Source: Candidatus Poribacteria bacterium (GTDB lineage Bacteria; Poribacteria; WGA-4E; WGA-3G). From it: a stretch of 64,000 nucleotides of DNA. The notes under the pieces were generated by a model. It was given only the letters and a program-made list of their open reading frames with translations. It had not been told where the DNA came from and made no database searches. Made by a program: the position numbers and the translations under genes. Position 1 is the stretch's first letter, and the number at the start of each line of letters is the position of its first letter. The stretch covers positions 4,480,001 to 4,544,000 of the forward strand of contig OZ243938.1 in NCBI GenBank assembly GCA_965214095.1, in the 5' to 3' direction. Positions 58,453-64,000 of this stretch are shown here, in pieces.

Positions 58453-59142
58453 TTAGTCATTCAGAAAAGGTAGAATCTGTTGTAAAGCACCTTCTTGTTT
58501 CGCAAAGTCTTTTAGTTCAGGATTAAGACTTATCGCTTTTGCTAAGGATTTCACAGATTCTGTTGTCTCATCAGTAAGTGCATAAGCAATTGCCAGATTA
58601 TAGTGAAGAAGAGGTGCATTAGGGAAAGATTGTAGGGCATGTAGACAAATCTCACGTGCATTTGTCGGTTCGTTCATCCGTAAATAAACAGTGGCGAAGT
58701 TCACATAACCTTCAGGAATATCCGGATTCATCTGAATTACTTTTTTGAAGGTATCAATCGCTTCTATAAATTGACCCGCAAACATATATGCTTGTCCCAG
58801 ATTGTTATATGCCGAAGGTTCATTTTTGAAGAATATTGTACGATTTTTGTTTTTGATTGCTTTTTGATACGATTCAATTGCCTTTTCGTGTTCTCCGTTT
58901 CGCATCAAGAATAGTGCTTCTCTATAGTTATCGTTGAACTGAGATTGATGCTGCCACACCCACAAGAATAGCAAGGTCACTGCAATACAAAATGTCATGC
59001 AACCAATTCTGAATCCTTTATTTGTAGGTGCTTGCTCAGCATCAGAATCTTCTAATGCATCGGTTTCATTATTAATATTAGAGTCTGATACAACAGTTTC
59101 TATAGGTTCTTGACTCTGATTTGAAGTGTCGTTATTATTCAT
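58453..59142 (-). CDS. membrane-anchored TPR protein
   Basis: Single TM; AYNNLG, HYNLAIAY, KAISLNP. Confidence 0.85.
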   Translation of the reverse strand: MNNNDTSNQSQEPIETVVSDSNINNETDALEDSDAEQAPTNKGFRIGCMTFCIAVTLLFLWVWQHQSQFNDNYREALFLMRNGEHEKAIESYQKAIKNKNRTIFFKNEPSAYNNLGQAYMFAGQFIEAIDTFKKVIQMNPDIPEGYVNFATVYLRMNEPTNAREICLHALQSFPNAPLLHYNLAIAYALTDETTESVKSLAKAISLNPELKDFAKQEGALQQILPFLND

Positions 59143-59206
59143 AATTTGCTACAATATAGTAATTACCTATTTATACTTATCATTTTTTTAAGGAATATTA
59201 CAAGTA

Positions 59207-60256
59207 ATGAAAACTTACGGTTTTGGTATCATAGGCTGCGGAATGATTTCAGATTTTCATTCTGCTGCAATTGCTGATTTAGAACATGGAAAGTTAGTAG
59301 CAGTGAGTTCTCGTAATGCTGATAATGCAAAACGACTCACTGATAAATACAATGTTGACGGTTATACTGATTACAATGAGATGCTCAAACGCGATGATCT
59401 TGATATAGTGTGTGTCTGTACACCCAGTGGTGCACATCTTGAACCTGCTGTTGCCGCTGCAGAAGCAGGTAAACATGTGATCGTAGAAAAGCCGCTTGAA
59501 ATAACATTGCAACGTTGTGATGAAATAATACAAGCCTGTAATGATGCAGATGTTCGTCTATGTGCCATATTCAATTCCCGTTTTACCGAAGGTGCTCAAC
59601 TCATAAAATCTACCATTGATAGCGGACGGTTCGGTAAGTTAACATTAGGTAGTGCATATATCAAATGGTACCGTTCTCAAGAATACTATGACAGCGGTGG
59701 TTGGCGTGGCACTTGGAACCTTGATGGTGGTGGTGCATTGATGAACCAATCTATTCACGCCATTGATCTGCTTCAATATTATATGGGTCCTATCAAGTCT
59801 GTGCAAGCATTTACAGATACTTTAGCACACGAACGCATTGAAGTAGAAGATGCGGCAGTTGCAGCACTTCGGTTTGACAACGGTGCGTTAGGTGTCATTG
59901 AAGGCACGACTGCTGCATATCCCGGTATGTTCAAAAAGACCGAAATCTGTGGAACTAAAGGCACTGCTATATTGGAAGAAGAAGACATTACAAAATGGGA
60001 ATTTGATCCTGAACTTCCTGAAGATGCAGAGATACGCGAGAAATACGCGCAACACACTGATACCGGCGGCGGTGCATCCGACCCACGCGCAATCAATAAC
60101 GATAACCACAGAAGACAGATGGAAAACTTTATCTATGGTCTTGAAACTGATGCATCCCATTTAGTTGACGGTCGCGAAGGTCGAAAAGCGGTTGAAATTA
60201 TCCTCGCTATCTATCAGTCAAGTCGTGAAGGTCGTATCGTTGAGTTACCTCTATAA
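59207..60256 (+). CDS. Gfo/Idh/MocA family oxidoreductase
   Basis: GIIGCGMI, CTPSGAH, VEKP, GGGALMNQSIHAID. Confidence 0.93.
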   Translation: MKTYGFGIIGCGMISDFHSAAIADLEHGKLVAVSSRNADNAKRLTDKYNVDGYTDYNEMLKRDDLDIVCVCTPSGAHLEPAVAAAEAGKHVIVEKPLEITLQRCDEIIQACNDADVRLCAIFNSRFTEGAQLIKSTIDSGRFGKLTLGSAYIKWYRSQEYYDSGGWRGTWNLDGGGALMNQSIHAIDLLQYYMGPIKSVQAFTDTLAHERIEVEDAAVAALRFDNGALGVIEGTTAAYPGMFKKTEICGTKGTAILEEEDITKWEFDPELPEDAEIREKYAQHTDTGGGASDPRAINNDNHRRQMENFIYGLETDASHLVDGREGRKAVEIILAIYQSSREGRIVELPL

Positions 60257-60266
60257 ATGACTGTTC

Positions 60267-60298
60267 GTAGTCGCGCAATTCTTTACGTCTCGGACATT
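60267..60298 (+). repeat. GTAG-REP-like hairpin, class D copy 3 (degenerate)
   Basis: GTAGTCGCGCAATTCTTTACGTCTCGGACATT between convergent genes. Confidence 0.65.
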
Positions 60299-60345
60299 CA
60301 AATACATAATGTTAGAGCATATATCGGATTTGTAATTCATCGACA

Positions 60346-61311
60346 TTAAGGATAATCAAACACTATCTTTACAGATTCATTTTTCTTATGCAGTGCCATC
60401 TCAAAACCTTTTTGTGCTTCTGTAAATGGTAAATGATGTGTGATTATCGGTGATACATCTATTCGTCCCTGAGCAATCATATCCATTGCTAATGGGAAAT
60501 CATTCAATACATCTGGTCCAACAGAACCGATAAATCTTATGTTCTTTCTGAAAAACTCAGAGAAGTGAAAATTGTACACCTCATCGTCCGGTACACCGAA
60601 TGCCAGGAGAGTCCCGCCACGTTTTAGTAGTTGAAGACAAGTGTTAATTGTCTCAGTTTGATGTCCCACCACTTCAATAACAAGATCAGCCATTCTCCCA
60701 TCTGTAATCTCTTTGACAGCATCAACAATATCTTCATTCGCAGAATTTACCGTATGTGTTGCACGCATCTGTTTTGAAACTTCAAGACGAAAATCAACCA
60801 AATCGGTTGTGACGATAGTTTTTGCTCCGAGATTACTAATCATGTGAGTAATCAGCAATCCCATCGGTCCTTGACCAATAATGACAACATCCTGATTGAG
60901 TAGATTGTCTAACTTCCGACATGCCCAAACAACAGTTCCTAAAGGTTGTGACATCAGCATACAGTCTTTCCTATGAAAATCTACTAAAGGAATAGTCACA
61001 CTCTCATCAGATAGAAAGTATTCTGAACATCCCCCAATATGTCTTGGGAGTGCGAGAACTTCATCTCCCACCTTGAATTTCTTTGACTTACTATCAACGA
61101 TTACCCCAATTGCTTCATGAATAGAGAGTCCCTTTCCAAGCGGATACTGATTAGAGGGTTTTTCCAGAACGAAATGTGGCATGTCACTTCCACAGATTGC
61201 ACTGTGTAGTGCTTTTATCATCACTGTACCATCAGGATAATCTGCAAGATCCGGTTTATCAATATCAATTATTTCTATTTGAAACGGAGCAACGATCTGT
61301 CCAGCTTTCAT
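60346..61311 (-). CDS. zinc-binding (MDR) dehydrogenase
   Basis: AICGSD, HEAIG, IGQGPMG. Confidence 0.88.
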   Translation of the reverse strand: MKAGQIVAPFQIEIIDIDKPDLADYPDGTVMIKALHSAICGSDMPHFVLEKPSNQYPLGKGLSIHEAIGVIVDSKSKKFKVGDEVLALPRHIGGCSEYFLSDESVTIPLVDFHRKDCMLMSQPLGTVVWACRKLDNLLNQDVVIIGQGPMGLLITHMISNLGAKTIVTTDLVDFRLEVSKQMRATHTVNSANEDIVDAVKEITDGRMADLVIEVVGHQTETINTCLQLLKRGGTLLAFGVPDDEVYNFHFSEFFRKNIRFIGSVGPDVLNDFPLAMDMIAQGRIDVSPIITHHLPFTEAQKGFEMALHKKNESVKIVFDYP

Positions 61312-61356
61312 AAAAACTCCTTTATTCTTACTCTAAAACCAAACAAACTCTTCTAT

Positions 61357-62337
61357 TTAAATCGCAGATATTAGGGACAATGCATCCTCATGCAATACTC
61401 CGTTTGTCGCAACAACTCCACGATTGTTGATCATCCTTCTACCGTCAAGAAAGTTTAGCGGTTTACCATTTGCATCTGTAACTTTACCACCTGCCTCCTC
61501 AACGACTATCTGTCCTGCAGCGTGATCCCAGATACATTCTCTATAGTCAGGATATGCAGGATTCGGGAGACGAAGATAAAGAGAGGCTTCACCACGTGCG
61601 ACAACACCATATTTCGCTTGGCTGTCTATTTGTAGTGGTGGTTTGTTGAGACCAAGTTGCTTTGCAATTTTTATATGTGTATTTCCGTCACCGTGTGTGG
61701 ATTCAAAACTTTCTGCTAATCGTGAGGAATCTGCTGATACGTTTGCTTTTCCTAAATATTGTCCATTGGATGTATATATAGATGTACCTTCTCCTTTAAC
61801 AGCGACAAAAAGACAGCCGCGATCAGAATCAGGATCGTCCAATCTTAAGGGAAGATTGGGACAACCTAAGACACCCAATTCAACTTCACCTTGAACTATC
61901 CACGCTAAGGCAATTGCGTACTGATCTTGCCGTAGAAATCCTTTCGTGCCATCAATCGGGTCTAACGTCCAGAAACTATTAACATTTTCACCATCCCCAA
62001 TATCAATCCAATCGCATACGTTTTCAGAAGAGATTGTTTTCCTTTTCTGTGTATTCTCTGAAATAAATTGATGGACATATTCAGTCACTCGTTCAAGGAG
62101 TTCTGGATTCTGTCTAAGGGAATCTGAATTTTCTTCTGCAATAATAATGTCATTGGGATAGATATCGCTTATTGCTTTACATATAAGGGCTTGTGAACCG
62201 AAATCAGCAACGGTGACAGGACTTCGGTCTTGCTTTCGGATAGCATCGGATGATACCATCTCTGATTGCACTTGAGAACAGAGTTTACTTGCTATATTAA
62301 CTGCATCAACTGCAATCTCAGTTTTTCGATTAAGCAT
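61357..62337 (-). CDS. 3'(2'),5'-bisphosphate nucleotidase, HAL2/SAL1 type
   Basis: SPVTVADFGSQA, LDPIDGTKGFLR, GVLGCPNL, DSQAKY, IWDHAAG. Confidence 0.9.
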   Translation of the reverse strand: MLNRKTEIAVDAVNIASKLCSQVQSEMVSSDAIRKQDRSPVTVADFGSQALICKAISDIYPNDIIIAEENSDSLRQNPELLERVTEYVHQFISENTQKRKTISSENVCDWIDIGDGENVNSFWTLDPIDGTKGFLRQDQYAIALAWIVQGEVELGVLGCPNLPLRLDDPDSDRGCLFVAVKGEGTSIYTSNGQYLGKANVSADSSRLAESFESTHGDGNTHIKIAKQLGLNKPPLQIDSQAKYGVVARGEASLYLRLPNPAYPDYRECIWDHAAGQIVVEEAGGKVTDANGKPLNFLDGRRMINNRGVVATNGVLHEDALSLISAI

Positions 62338-62363
62338 GTGTGTAGTGCGTTAATTCCAAATTA

Positions 62364-64000
62364 TTATTTGGAACCACCTTCTGTCTTCATAAACTGAATA
62401 CTTGCGTGGATCACTGAGTCAGATGCACCAAACGTCAACTGGTAAATCGGTTTTTCCCAACGATACTTATACTCACTTCCATACGCTGACACACCTGTTG
62501 GGATATAGTTTTCAGGGACATGTACAAATACCGAACCTTCAACTTCACGAGGCGGTTGACAGATGACAAGGTAACTTTGACTATGTTCGTCCCACCCAGC
62601 AGATATAATTTCAACACTGCCTTGTGTATAATGCATATCCGTTGAAAGGAATTGCGGTGTTTCTTGTTGTTCTCTCAAACACAATAATTTCGCAGAACGT
62701 GGTCCCATATTCAAGAGCGTTACATTTCTGGATACAATACCCAAATAATCACTCATCCAAAAGTCGTGTACAAGGTAATCTTTTTCTGGATTAAGACCTA
62801 TCTCATCTAAATCTAATTGTAAATCATCCTGTTGGTCTTTCCAATTAAAGATTCCTATGAGTTCCCATGATTCCCTCTGTGTTTCAATTGGTAGATGCAA
62901 AACACGTGGTAGTACCTCATCATAAACGTCAACTGATTGTGCTGCTTGTCCAATGAGCGGAAAAATCTTTGCTGTTAATTCAGCACGGTGTTTTGAAATT
63001 TGATTCGGAGTGTTCCCGATTTGTACTGATGCACCACTCAATGCAGCAGCGGTCAACTCAACTATTGTCTCATTCACAGGACGAGGTTCACCAACAACTA
63101 ACTCTCCAAAAACATGTTTCCATAAAACACCGTATTCGCCTAAATAGCCTGCATATCGACAGAGTCTATGCTTTGTCCCTTTCTGCTGATGCCAATTATC
63201 ACTGTGATCTATGGATTTCTGTCGCAATTGTGGGTAATTCAGTGGAAAACTCCCAATACATACACCATCAATTAAATTATACCCTGCAAGTTTAACATCG
63301 TTCTTTGTTGAATCAACGGCTTCTTTCAGAATAGTTAACGCGTACCTATATAATTCCGTAGAGGAAAGAGATTTGTCATACCATGTTGCATTTGAAGCAA
63401 CCGTCATCATACCACTTGTATAACTTGATAAATCCATCTTTATCATATCATATCCCCATTCATTTGCTATCTTCTTAATGACACTTCGGATGTGTCTTTG
63501 AACTTTAGGATGTGAAACATCTAAGATGGCGACAGCACTTTCTCTATCAGGTAGGTGAACTTCAATAGGTTCATTTGGTTTGATATGTGCAGGTTTCTTA
63601 ACATTAGTTTGTGAACGTCCAGAAGATTTGTACCGTAAACAAGTATCAGGATTCCTCTTAATAAAATCAGAATTAGATTCAATAGCAAACGGGTCAATAC
63701 ATATTCCTGCTTTAAAACCACTTTTGTGAATCATGTCAACTATAGGCACCATTCCTTCTGGAAAACTATCACGGTTCAGAGACAAGTTGCCTGGATGCGG
63801 TTGCCAACCTGATTCTAAATGAATGTAATCTATGCCACCAATGAGAGTAGGATTAAATAACGGACTTTTGGAGATTGATTCTACTTCTTTCTTGATCGCT
63901 TTTGCATTCACTTTTCCTTGCATGTTGTCATCCGCAAAACACCATCCAACATCAGATTTGTTAGTTATAGTATAAGGTGCTTTGTCGTCAATGTCCGCGT
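62364..64000 (-). CDS. alpha-galactosidase-like (GH36/GH27 clan D) protein, 5'-truncated by the window edge
   Basis: Frame open to window end (GWC upstream of annotated M); FPEGM, GFKAGI, LDVSHP, WGYDMIKMD, IFNW, VHDFW. Confidence 0.7.
   Translation of the reverse strand, partial: ADIDDKAPYTITNKSDVGWCFADDNMQGKVNAKAIKKEVESISKSPLFNPTLIGGIDYIHLESGWQPHPGNLSLNRDSFPEGMVPIVDMIHKSGFKAGICIDPFAIESNSDFIKRNPDTCLRYKSSGRSQTNVKKPAHIKPNEPIEVHLPDRESAVAILDVSHPKVQRHIRSVIKKIANEWGYDMIKMDLSSYTSGMMTVASNATWYDKSLSSTELYRYALTILKEAVDSTKNDVKLAGYNLIDGVCIGSFPLNYPQLRQKSIDHSDNWHQQKGTKHRLCRYAGYLGEYGVLWKHVFGELVVGEPRPVNETIVELTAAALSGASVQIGNTPNQISKHRAELTAKIFPLIGQAAQSVDVYDEVLPRVLHLPIETQRESWELIGIFNWKDQQDDLQLDLDEIGLNPEKDYLVHDFWMSDYLGIVSRNVTLLNMGPRSAKLLCLREQQETPQFLSTDMHYTQGSVEIISAGWDEHSQSYLVICQPPREVEGSVFVHVPENYIPTGVSAYGSEYKYRWEKPIYQLTFGASDSVIHASIQFMKTEGGSK

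Overview
AT-rich, gene-dense bacterial chromosomal segment. Gene content strongly resembles Candidatus Poribacteria (an inference): secreted WD40 proteins starting Q...LP.GA..RLGKG, a dockerin-like plus FlgD-Ig/T9SS-type tail, a LamG protein, a DUF6785 membrane protein, a sulfatase and many Gfo/Idh/MocA, TIM-barrel epimerase and enolase-superfamily genes. About 50 CDSs, mostly carbohydrate catabolism and secreted repeat proteins; no rRNA, tRNA, CRISPR array or transposase was seen. Highlights: (1) non-coding elements in which GTAG-type REP hairpins with co-varying stems and an invariant GGTTTCCTAACC core sit inside TATAGT...ACTATA-ended MITE-like shells, with chimeras and tandem amplifications; (2) a shared C-terminal tail GVLPVE..xKLxTxWAxxK on two unrelated secreted protein types, plus a PorV-like barrel beside a T9SS-type cargo, suggesting protein-sorting machinery; (3) an 805-aa GlmU-like nucleotidyltransferase fused to a DUF89/ARMT1 phosphatase; (4) a decayed defence island absent from the ORF track (truncated AlbA_2/Schlafen-ATPase fused to an hsdS remnant, antitoxin pseudogene, intact UPF0175/DUF3368 TA pair, hsdM remnant); (5) an intact two-gene type II restriction-modification module; (6) two interrupted genes (LamG frameshift, TlpA in-frame TGA). 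All family assignments are from motif recognition by eye, not database searches.
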